Source: Isurus oxyrinchus (Eukaryota). From it: a stretch of DNA of 64,000 bases. Below, one piece after another: positions 23,801 through 35,800 of the stretch. Made by a program: the position numbers and the translations under genes. Position 1 is the first letter of the stretch. Each line of letters begins with the position of its first letter. The notes beneath the pieces are model-generated. The model was not told where the DNA came from. It did not search any database and saw only the letters and a list, made by a program, of their open reading frames with translations. The DNA is taken from NCBI GenBank assembly GCA_026770705.1, contig JANJGN010000007.1:179428001-179492000 (forward strand). Reading direction: 5' to 3'.

Positions 23801-26800
23801 GATTACCTTGCCAAGGTCAAAGCTGACGTGTTTCTGCAGGAGTGTATGATACAGCATCTCAGCTCCTACAGGCAGTGGTCATGAAGGTGCTCCCATGGCC
23901 ATCAATCTGGTCAGGAGGAAATGACTCACGTTCCTCCGGCGTGGGTGTTCTAATGCCAGGAGGCAACTTCACCATCTCCAAGGTGATGGGTAAGCACCTC
24001 CTTGTAGCAGACGTATTGTACAAGAATGTTCTGCTCTGGCAAAACAGCAAGTGGTTGGTGGTCCTTCAGCTTGCACTGCTGCTGGTGACTTCCAGGCCGG
24101 TCATTCTGTGTGGTGACTTCAACTGCATCATTGATGCAGCTGGACGATCCGGCAGGGCTGAAGGCAGATTGAACGCCACGTCCAGACTCCTGATGGAAAC
24201 AGTAAAGGATGCCAAGCTGCACGATGTCTTCAGTAACCCTGCAGATGGAGCACTGTGAAGATACACCTGGTCGCGGCCAGACAGGCCTATCCGGTCCAGG
24301 ATAGACTTCCTGTTTGTGCCCTGGGTGTTCACGATCAGATCCACCGATGTCAAGCCAGTGTTCTTCTCTGATCACTGCCTCCTACTGGCTGACTGTCACT
24401 CACAGGAAGACCAGGAAGTTGGCAGAGGAACGTGGAAGCTGAATGTGCAACTGCTGACCCCAGAGAACGTTGAGGAACTCAAGGAATTACAAAGGTTGGA
24501 AAATCGTGAAGCCCCTTTGAGTCCCTGACAAGCGATCAAGGAGAATGTCAAGAAGGTTTTCATCCTCAAAGGTGTTCAGAATGCTAGAAAAGAACAGAGG
24601 GAAATATCCCGACTCCAGAAAAACATGCAGAACCTGCTCCGGCTGCAGATGACAGGGGTCGATGTCAAAGAGGACCTCCAAGAGGTGAAGAGCCTTCAAG
24701 CCTCGGTCTTTTGTTCGGAGGCTTCCAAGATCATCTTGCGGTCCAGAGTCTACCCTGTGGTGCAGGATGAGGCGTGTTCACATTTCTTCTCCCAGAAGGT
24801 ACATGGAGAGAACTCTGTGATCAGCCTGAAGGAAGAACATGGTTTACTAAAGTCCTTGCAGTCCGATATTTTGAGTATCAGCAAATCCTTTTATGTCGGA
24901 TTGTATGACGTGATTTCATAGCTGAGGAAGGCACAAGTCATGTGAGAATGGTGAGATGGTAGAATGTGACGGTTCTTTTGTCTAGGGTTCTGCAATTCTA
25001 ATTATTGTTGTCTTTGGCTGGTAAAATAAAATTCTTCATACTTTCGTGGGTTAGTTACTTCTTTGGAGTTTTATTTTTTCTCGTTCTGCAACTGATAATT
25101 CATCAATTCAGACCCATGGGGCAAAGGTTACAACTTCAAGGCAGAAATGTTAATTAAAATTCAGCAACCTGGTGTGACATATGTGCAGCCGCAGTGGTGA
25201 GCAGCTCTTGTGGTCAGGCTCATGTGACAAGGTCGTCCTTTGCCTATTGTTAGAGCTTGACTGGCTGCCAATGTATCTACATGGGTGAGAAGCCTTTTTT
25301 TGCATTGTCAAGCCTGTGGCAAGGGCTTCACCTCATCAGGCACCCAAAACAAGTCAAAAGCACATCACGCAGAGGGGAAGCTCCTCGGCATTATGGAACG
25401 AACATGGTTAACGACAGGTCTGCTGAGTCAGAGGACGGAAAGTGGTCTGCCTCTCGCAGCTTTTGCTGTAATTCTGCTGAGCAGCTTCACATGTTTGCCA
25501 GCTTGCTACTACCCAATGCATTCCTCTCAAGCAGCTCTTGGCTCAGAATTGGCTTTTTTGGGCCTCAGTACCTACGCGCAGTCCTGAAACAGCCACCTTT
25601 TATGAGAGCACATGAGCAGAGGGACCGATAGGCATTGCAAAAAATCGCTCGGTATGATTACCATCACTGAATCCCCCACTATCAACATCCTGGGGTTTCC
25701 ATTGACCAGAAACTGAACTGGACTAGCCATATAAATACTGTGGCTACAAGAGCAGATCAGAGGCTAGGAATTGTGTGACGAGTAACTCACCACTTGACTC
25801 CTCAAAGACTGTCCATCATCTACAAGGCACAAGTCAGGAGTGTGATGGAATACTCTCCACTTGTCTGGATGAGTGCAGCTCCTACAAAACAGAAGAAGCT
25901 GGACACTGTCTAGGACAAAGCAGTCTGCCTGATTGGCACCCCTTCCACAAACATTCATTCCCTCCACCACCAACGCACAGTAGCAGCAGTGTGTACCATC
26001 TACAAGATGCACTGCAGGAATTCACCAAGGCTTCTGAGACAGCACCTTCCAAACCCATGATCACTACCATCTCGAAGGACAAGGGCAGCAGATAGATGGG
26101 AACACCACCACCTGGAAGTTCCCCTCCAAGCCACTCACCATCATGACTTGGAAATATATCGCCGTTCCTTCACTGTCGCTGAGTCAAAATCCTGGAACTC
26201 CCTTCCTAACAGCACTGTGGGTGAACCTACACCACATGGACTGCAGTGGTTCAAGAAGGCAGCTCACCACCACCTTCTCAAAGGGAACTAGGGATGGGCA
26301 ATTAGTGCTGGCCTAGCCAGCAAAGGTCACATCCCATGAATGAATAAAAAAAAACTCAGTATAATGTTTGCTATTTGCAAGTCCTCTGATGGTACAATTT
26401 TTTCTCAAGTATTAATAACGAAATGTAATCTGCTTCTGCTATCTCTTTTCTATATCCAAACATTTTAAAAGAATTTCATGTGTCCAGACCAGGAATTTGA
26501 TCCTCTTCGAGTTTGGTTAGTTGATTGAATATTTTTTAGTTTAAATGCAGTTATATATTCTGCTTTCTTGCTATCATTGCCTGTGATTTTGTACTATTTA
26601 TCCCTTTATGGCCTGACTTCCTTGTTTTTACAGAAACATAAGTTTAAAAATGATACTATTTTGTTTTACGCCCCTTGGTAATTTAGTTTCATTGTTTCTC
26701 TTTGTCTTGCTATTTTTTTTTTGCTTCCTTCCTGACCTGTTCATATTCTCCTTTGTCTTTCACTCCCTGCTGTCTCAATACTTAATGTACATGTAGCACC

Positions 26801-29800
26801 TCGGTCAATGTTTCCCTTAAACCTTTATTCATCTGTGGTGTCTCATTATTGTTTTGTTTGGCCTTGTTTTTCAGCAGAACATTTTTTTCCAGGACACTGA
26901 ACACCATTTTAAATATTCCCCATTGCTATTCTACATCGTTGTTTGCCAATATTGTTGTCCATTTTATTTTTCTAAGTTCTATTCCCCGTCCCTTGAAATC
27001 AACTTTTCCCCAGGCTGTTAGCTGGTTGTCTTCATAATTATGGCCTCAATTATTACCTTAGAACATATTATATTATGGTCACTATTTCCTAGATGTTCCC
27101 CTACTCTTAATTGTTCTGGCTCATTCTCCATTTGTCGACCCCTTCTTGGGCTTCATAAATAATGGATTGAAAGGAGTCCTGTACACTTTGTAGGAACTCT
27201 ATTCCTTTACCCCTTTACCTGCCTGTTCTGGCCAGTTAATTTCAAGATCTGGGAGATGGTGGCATAGTGGTAATGTCGCTGGGGACTAGTAATCCAGAGA
27301 CCAAGGCTAATGCTCTGGGGACTTGGGTTCAAATCCCACCGCGACATCTGGTGGAATTTGAATTCAGTTCATAAATCTGGAACGTAAAGCTAGCCGCAGT
27401 GATAGTGACCATGAAACTACCTTCGATTGTCGCAAAAACCTAAATGATTCACGAGTGTTCTTTAGGGGAGGAAATCTGCCATCCTTAACTAGCCTGACCG
27501 ACATGTGACTCCAGACCCACAGCAATGTGGTTGACTCTTTGCTGCCCTCTGAAATGACCTAGCAATATTAGTTCAAGGGCAATTAGGGACGGGCAACAGC
27601 CTTGCCAGTGCTGCCCACATCCCATGAAAGAATAAAAAAAAGTTAGAATCTCCCATGATTCTATTTTTTTGATTTATTTTCCTAGTTCATCTGTATATTT
27701 CTTCCTGCACCTTCCTTCCTCCTGAGAGGCCTGTAGACGACATCTATTATTGTGATTGATACTTGATCATCTTTTACCTCTATCCATGTGGCTCTATTTC
27801 TGCCTTACTGACAGCTGTCACTTCTTTCTCCTGCTATTATGTTACATCTTAATTAAAGTGTCGCGACTCCCATTTCCCCTTTTTTCCCCGCTCTATCTTT
27901 TACAAATGTTGTATTCTGCAGTGTTTAATTCCCAGTCCTCATTACGCTGTAGCCATGTCTCAGTAATCTCCACTATATCTGCCTCCAGGCAATGTGTTAT
28001 TGCGATGAAAGTAAAATATTTCAGATGCTGGAAAGCTGAAATAAAAACAAATATTGCTGGAAAAACTCAGCAAATCTGGCAGCATCTGTGGAGAGAGAAA
28101 CAGAGTTAATGTTTCTAGTCTGTATGACTCTTTAAAGCTTGCATTTATAATGTATTATTGCCCCCAGTTTCCCTGTTCTATTACCTGCATTGCTGTACAG
28201 TTTAAGTCAGTTTGAATAGAAGTTCTTTTCATTTTATTCCTTTTGCACTTCTGTTCTATAACTATATATTCTTTGACCACTTAGCTCAACCTGCCCTGTG
28301 GTCTCATTTTAAGTTTGGTTTATATTTAGACTTTTGATTTGTTGTGAATCCTCCACTATCTTGCCCAATCCTACCACTGTATTTGTAGTGCATCTTTATT
28401 TAGCCTTTACATTAGGATAGTGGTCCCATTCTAGTTTAGGTGAAGCCTGACCTATTGATACAATTCCCTCCTGTCCCAGTACTTGTGCCAGTGCCCTGTT
28501 AAAAAAAACCTTTCTTTACTGCACCAACCTTTTGGTCACTTTTTAATTCCCCTGATCTGTCTGTAAATGTGCATGTGGCTTGGGCAATATCTAGTGATCT
28601 TTACTGTTCAGGTCCTGCTTTTGAATTTAACTCTTAACTCCTGTTACTCCCTCAGCAGATCCTTCCCCCTGTTTCTACTTGCGTAATTTGTTCTGATGAG
28701 AACCACAACAAATTGATTTTCCCCCACTCTTTCCAAATTTGATTCCAGCCGCCTCGAGCTATCCCTTACTCTGACACTGGGTAGGCAACACACGCTTTGG
28801 GACTCTGATTCATGGCTGCAGACGATGCTATTTATTCCCCTAATTATACAATCCCCTATCAATACCTCATTTCTGTTCACTCTCCACCAGCCTAATCCTT
28901 CCTTCCGCCAAACCTTCTAGACCATGATGCCTTGGTCTGCACTGTGGCTGTCCTGAATACAGCCTTGCTGTTTGCCTTCGCAGGCAGCGAGCACATTGTA
29001 CCGGTTAGACAGGACCAATGCCTATGGGGCCTCCTTTACAACCTCTCCTAAGCTACCCCGCTCTGACAGTCACACTCTTCTTCCTGAACCTGTGTTTTTC
29101 CCAAGGGTGTGACTGTGCTCTGGATAGAACTATCCAGAAATTTATCTCCCTCCCTTATGCTTCGGAGTGTCTGTAAATCTCACTCCAGCTGAAAGACCCT
29201 GAGCCAGAGTGGCTGAAGGCAGAGGCATTTTTTGTATGTGTGACAATCCAGCACAGTGACAGCCTGTCTGTCCATAAACTCTCAGATGCTATAGTTTCAA
29301 CATAGAGCTTGTCCTGCCATCTCTCATCTTTTTATTTATTTGTTTATAGATAACTTGAAATAAAATTAGGTATATCTGATGTGACTAAGTGACCACTGAA
29401 GGCAGTTGTGTGCCAACCACGTTGGTGAAGCACTGGAGTTACTGATTGATGAGGGTTGTTTACAAGGTAATGTGGAGCCGCCTTTTTGAACCACTGCATG
29501 TAGGTACACCCACAGCGCTGTTAGGGAGTGAGTTCCAGGATTTTGACCCACCGACAGTGAAGGAACGGCGATATGTTTCCAAGTCAGGATGGTGAGTGGT
29601 TTGGAGGGGAACTTGCAGGTGCTGGTGTGCCCATGCATCCGCTGCCCTTATCCTTCTTGGTGACAGAGGGTGCAAGTTTGGAAGGTGATGTTGAAAGAGC
29701 CTTGGTGAGTTGCTGCAGTGCATCTTGTAGATGGTACTCATTGTTACCGCTGTGCGTCGGTGGTGGAGGGAATTAATATTTGTGGATGGGGTGCCAATCA

Positions 29801-32800
29801 AGCAGGGCTGCTTTGTCCTGGATGATGTCGAGCTTCTTGAGTGTTGTGAGAGCTGCACTTATCCGGGCAAGTGGAGAGCATTCCATCACACTGGAGACTT
29901 GTGCCTTGTAGATGGTGGACAGGCTTTGGGGCGTTAGTAGGCGTGTTACTTGGCACAGAATTCCCAGACTCTGACCTGCTCATGTAGGCACTATATTTAT
30001 ATGGGTTATTTGGGTTATTATTCAAAGAGAGGTGTGACTGAAGAAATTATCTACATGTAAGATGGACAAGCTACATGTGGACAGTAAATGCTGATTTTGC
30101 TAACTATGTCTCCATTCTGAGAATAAATAACAAAATTCACTGTTTTGGCTTGTTTGTGAAAATTAGCCATAAGAACCAAGCTTCAGTAAGGAATTTGCAT
30201 CTTCAGATGAAGACGGGGCAAAATTCGTGAGGGCTGGGGGAAGAAAGGGTCAGGAAATTGCAAAGATTGATACATCTCAGTTTTTGTTTCATTATATCAG
30301 GTTCAACCAAAGAAACTGATCAGAAATTCTTTAAGATTCTCAAGAATAAATCAGTAAAAACGAAAGACTTCAGGTATTTGCCACTGTACTTCTGCCAGTT
30401 CTTCACAGGAGTGGTTTAAATGTTCACCATTTTGGGTTATCTTGTTAGCCACACCTAGTATATTTGGCTGAATACCTCACTGCTCCTTCTATTGCCAGCT
30501 TCCTCCTATTCTCCCTGTCCTGTGGCAGTACCAGTTCTTGCTGGGGTTAGAATTTCAATGATGTCTCCCGTCCTTCAGTACCTAACCAAGTGACCATCCT
30601 GTGTGTGTGAATCTGGGCAGAGAATGTCAGGGTGAGGCCTGATCTCCCCATTATGTTTCAGCAGAGGGATCACAAAATAGTAATCAGAAGCAGAACCCTG
30701 GCTCTCACCCACTCCTTTCATCCAGCAGGCCCAGGGACGCTAAGATAACTTGAAGTTACTCCCCAATTCAGCACCAATAGGTTACTTCCTAAATAATGGT
30801 GCTCTCCTTTCGAATAACACCTTGTTTAATTGTCACATCAGAATGGATCCCTCTACCACTGATATCTCATCGTCTAATGGACAAATTAAGTAGTTGCAAT
30901 GTCTTGGAGCTGTAACACGTGATATTTGAGCATGAATGCTGCCCTCTAGCTGTGCTTTTCTTCTGTATGAAGTGGACACTAGCTGGATGTCAGTGTCGAT
31001 GGCACAATCCAGGCAGTAAGTTCAAATGATCTCTTAAGCTGCAGTTTTTGAAACACCCAATTGGGTTTCTGCCTGTAGCCATGGGTCGTTCAGGTGAGTT
31101 AATATTATTTTACCTGTTACTATTGTTGGTTTTGGTGGTAGCTTACCGATTGAGGTGATTTAATAATTTCGGTCATAGATTGGGTGCAGAGGTGTGACTT
31201 GATTGTTTTTATGCACCTCCTGAGTCAGAGCTTCAGGTGACTGTACAATTCACAGCTGAGACAATGTCTAGTGCATTACTGCGCCAGACAGGTTGGGAAT
31301 GTTCCAGGTTTGTTGACCATTGGATTAGATTTAGCCAGTGTTGGTAGAGTTGGGTCAGGAGCATTGTACCATATCCCTGCATTAGAGAGGAAAAGAGCAC
31401 CCAGTGTGAGTGATCTTGCTCATGATCTGCTGAGTACCGATAAGTGATGAGGGAGAGGAATCCGGGCTGATGTCAATATTTGCACCCCAGCTACTACAGC
31501 AACACATTGTTAAAGCTGCATCTGTTATATTCAAGCTGAGTAGGAGAGTATAGGACAACAACCTGACTGAGAACACCAACCTGCGAGTCTACCAAGCCTG
31601 CATCCTCAGCGTAGTCCTCTACAGTAGTGAGACCTGGACAACATATAGTAGGCAGGAGAAAAGACAGAACAATTTAGATCTTCGTTGTCTCAGACGTACC
31701 CTTGCCATCTCTTGGCAGGACAATGTAACCAACTCAGAGGTCCTGGATTGTGCTAATTCCATCAGCATACACTCATTGCCAAACCAACTATGTCTGAGCT
31801 GGCTCGACCAAGTTCATCAGATGGATGATGACCATATACCCAAAGACCTTCTGTATGGTGAACTGGCCACTGGGTCATGACCCGGACGTTCATACCTTCA
31901 TTACAAGGAAACTTGCAAGAAATGAAGTTGGCAGACATTGGCACTGACAACTAGGAGACAGTCGCTGACAGTTGCGACTTCTGGAGGCTGTCTGCTTGGA
32001 AGAGCATTGGAATAGGTGAACAGAAATGAATAAAGTTCAGCTAGCTGAGAAGATGGCCCAGAGAAAACAGGCGAGTTGATCATGCACCTTCCCTGCCTAT
32101 TGTCTCTCTCTGCTGCAAATGCAGCAGAGCTGGCAATGCCAGAGTGGGGCTCCTGTGCCTTACCAGGTGATGCTTAACACCAAATTGGCCAGCATAGCAC
32201 AAACCATCACTTCATCGAGACATAAGGCTGCCACTCCACTAACTGCATCTGTACTGCCCAGTACCACATTTGACAATGCCTTTCTCCACAGGGTCATGAG
32301 TTGATGCTAAATGTTGGGCCCTTGAGACACTTTAGAATATACAGTAAACTTGAAGGTATGAATGGAACTGTATTATATCAAGTTGTCCTAAAACATTTCA
32401 CAGTTAATCAGTCAATCAGAGAAAGCAATCACTGTTTTGCAGTCAAGTCAATTTTCCCTCAGCTGAATTGTACAAAATAGTGTTGAAAAAAGTGACCAGT
32501 TAATATCTGTTCTTTATAATTTCAGTTGAGGGGTGAATGGCGGCCAAAACACTGGGTCGACATGCCACACTTATTTGAACATTGTCTTGGAGCCTTCAAA
32601 ATTACCTGTGCAGGCAGCAGGGACCTTCAGCTGCCTAAGCTCTGTAATTCCCTCCCAAAACATCTCTGCCTCCCCACTTCATTTTCCTCTGTTTAGATGC
32701 TCCTTAAAACCTACTACTTGGACCAAACATTTAATCATCTGGCCAAATGTCGTCTTGTGTGGCTCGGTAGTTTGGTGTCAAATGTTGGTTGACAAAGTTC

Positions 32801-35800
32801 CTATGAAGCACCTAGGAATGTTTAATTAGGTTGAAGGTACTATTAAATCAACAACTTGTATTTATACATTCCATCAGAAAGGCAATACAGTACTCTTCAT
32901 TGCATCTGTTCAAAACATCATAAAGTCATAATTATGTTCTGCAGATTTTTAAAAAACTCTGCTTCTCTCCCTTTTTAGAGGTGTGATGCTTGCTAGGTTG
33001 CAGTTCCAAAGTTCACTGTTGTCTTAACGTGCATCACACACAAGACTGCAATGTTGCTCAGTTCCTGCTGATGGTGCTCTAGAGGTGTGGAGGCATTCCC
33101 ATAATCAGCTGTGTGATCAGCATGAAGCGTATGTTACTGCAGCTCTTATTCCAAAGCATTTTGTGAGTTGTGAACTGAGTTGGTTCGCTTGTTGGAAGCA
33201 TTGAACATCTGAGTTGCAAAGACCAGAAGTTCCAGATTCAGCTCCTGATATGCTTGCATTAATGTAGGGCCATTCACAACCTTTTAATTGCAGCTCCAGC
33301 AACATTCAAAAGCTTGACGTCATCCAGGACACAGCTGCCTGCTTTATTTGCACCCCATTCACCACCTTAAACATTCACCCACTTAACCACTGATGCACAG
33401 TGACAGCTGTGTACACCATCTACAAGATGCACTGCAGCAACTCACCAAACCTTTTTTGACATTCAGGCTTGGGCTGATAAATAGCAAGGAACATGCTTGC
33501 CACATGAGTGCCAGGCAATAGAGAATTTAAACATTTCCTCTTGACTTTCAATGGGATTACCGTCGCTGAATCCCCCACTGTCAACATCTTGGGGGTTACC
33601 ATTGACCAGAACCTGAACTGGACTAGCCATATAAATACTGTGGCTACAAGAGCAGGTCAGAGGCTGGGAATTATGTGACATGTAACTCATCTCCGGACTC
33701 ACCAAAATCTGTCCACCGTTGCTACAAGGCACAAGTCAGGAGTGTGATGGAATACTCTCCACTGTCTTGGATGAGTGCAGCTCCCACAACACTCAAGAAG
33801 GTCGACACCATCCAGGACAAAGCAGCTTGCAGGATTGACATCCAATCCACAAACGTTCACCACCGACACAGTGGCAGCAGTGTGTACCACCTACAAGATG
33901 CATTGCAGTAACTTGCCAAGCCTCCTTCGATAGAACCTTCCAAACCCACAGCCTGTACCATCTAGAAGGACAAGGGCAGCAGTTGCAAGGGAACGCCACC
34001 ACCTGCAAAGTTCCCCTCCAAGCCACATTCCACCCTGACTTGGGAACTATATTGCTGTTCCTTCACTTGCTGGCGTCAAAATTCTGAGACTCCCATCCTA
34101 ATAGTGCTGTGGGTGTACCTACACCACATGGAATGTAGTGATTCAAGGAAGAGACTCATCACCACCTTTTTGGGGGCAACTAGGGATGGGCAACACCAGC
34201 GACGTCCACACCCTGTGAATAAAAAAACGAAGAAAGCGTTCAGGATGTCTCAAAGCATTTTACAGCTAGTTATGTACTTCTGTTCTAAAGAAGAGTATTG
34301 GTCTTGAAGCGTTGACTCTCTTTCTCTGTTTGCAGATCCTGCCAGACCTTCTGAGTTTTTCCATCACTTTCTGTTTTTATTTCAGATCTCCAACATCTGC
34401 AATATTTTCATTTTATATAATGTACTTCTAAATATGGGCACTGTCGTGATGTAGAGATTTGCAGCAGCTAGTTTTTGCACAAAGAGATAATTGACCTGTT
34501 TTTGATCGAGAGTCTTAGGATCTGAAAAATGAACTGTACCTGCTTCTACACAGATGCTATTTCGTAAATCGTACACTTCCAGTATCTGGAGTAATATACT
34601 TTAAATTTGGCTGAGTGGGAGACTGACCAGAAATTGGGAGAAAAATGGGATAGGTATGTTATGGTTCGAGGGGTATAAGTTAGGAAAAGGTATGACAAGG
34701 TTGAAGGCGCTTTGGAACAGAATTTGAGTGCACAAGTATAACAATAGTTTCAGGCAGGAGACCTTTGATCCTTCGTGCCCACCTACCTGCAGTCCATCTG
34801 TGTCAGCCATGGCTGAGTGGTAGCACTCTCGGCCCTGAGTCAGATTGTGTGTTCATTTGTTTTTTTCACTCACGGAATGCCAAGGCCAAGATTTATTGCC
34901 TTTGAAGCTGGGGGTGGGACACCTTCTTGAATGGTTGCAGTTCTAAGATGTGGCTTGGTACAGCTGAATGGCTTCTTCGGCCATTTCAGAGTCAGCCACA
35001 TTGCTGTGGACCTGGAGTCACATATAGGCGAGACCTGGTAAGGCTAAGGAAAGGACTTTAGTGAACCCAGATGTTTTAAACAATCTGGTAGTCAGATAGT
35101 CACTGTGACTGCAAACTTTTTATTCTAGACTTATTTAATTAACTGAATATAAGTTCCCAGCTACTGTGATGGGATTTAAAGCCGTGCTTTTTGATTGGTA
35201 GTCCAGGCCTCTGGATTTCTAGCCCAGTGACATAACGACTATGCTACCAATCCAGAGATTTGAGCCAATAATCTAACCTGTCACTCCAGTTACAGACTCA
35301 GGGAGTCCTGCACTGTCAGAGGTACCGTCTTTTGGGTGAAATGTTAAACTTCCTGCGCTCCCATGCTGCAAGTTCTTTCAAATCTCAGGAAGGATATATT
35401 GGCCTTGGAATGGCTGCAGCAGAGATTCACCAGAATGATACTGGGACTTAGAGTTAAACAATGAGGACAGGTTGCATCGCCTTGGTTTATATTATCTCAA
35501 ATTTAGAAGGTTGAGGAACAACCTAATCAAGGCCTTGAACATGTTAAAGCAATTTCATTGTAGCTGAAAAACAAGTCACAGTGTGTTCCTACAGGCATTT
35601 GGCAGCAGCCCTGAGGGTAACCTTGCTGGATTTGCATTAAGGTACATCACTGGGCAAACACAGAGCTGAACTAGCCTAGCAGGTTTACTTTGCGGCTGCT
35701 GTGTGTTGAGACCTAGCACAACGGTTGCAGTTGGGATTTTTTTTGTTGTCAGTTGATGAGCTGGTCAGTATTGTGTATTGAAGGCTTTGAGCCCTCACTG

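Larger units (their letters stand above)
20360..24913 (-). mobile_element. Tx1/L1-clade LINE with inverted 5' segment (23735-24913 on +) and a nested Penelope insertion
   Basis: Minus strand: [62 protein letters not shown] and an A-rich tail. Plus strand: [32 protein letters not shown] (endonuclease). Confidence 0.88.
26400..29330 (-). mobile_element. Old CR1, 5' half (ORF1 esterase and endonuclease remnants) with nested SINE and PLE fragments
   Basis: [10 protein letters not shown]...[11 protein letters not shown] (SGNH esterase of CR1 ORF1); ITETWL and IMGD remnants. Confidence 0.65.
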
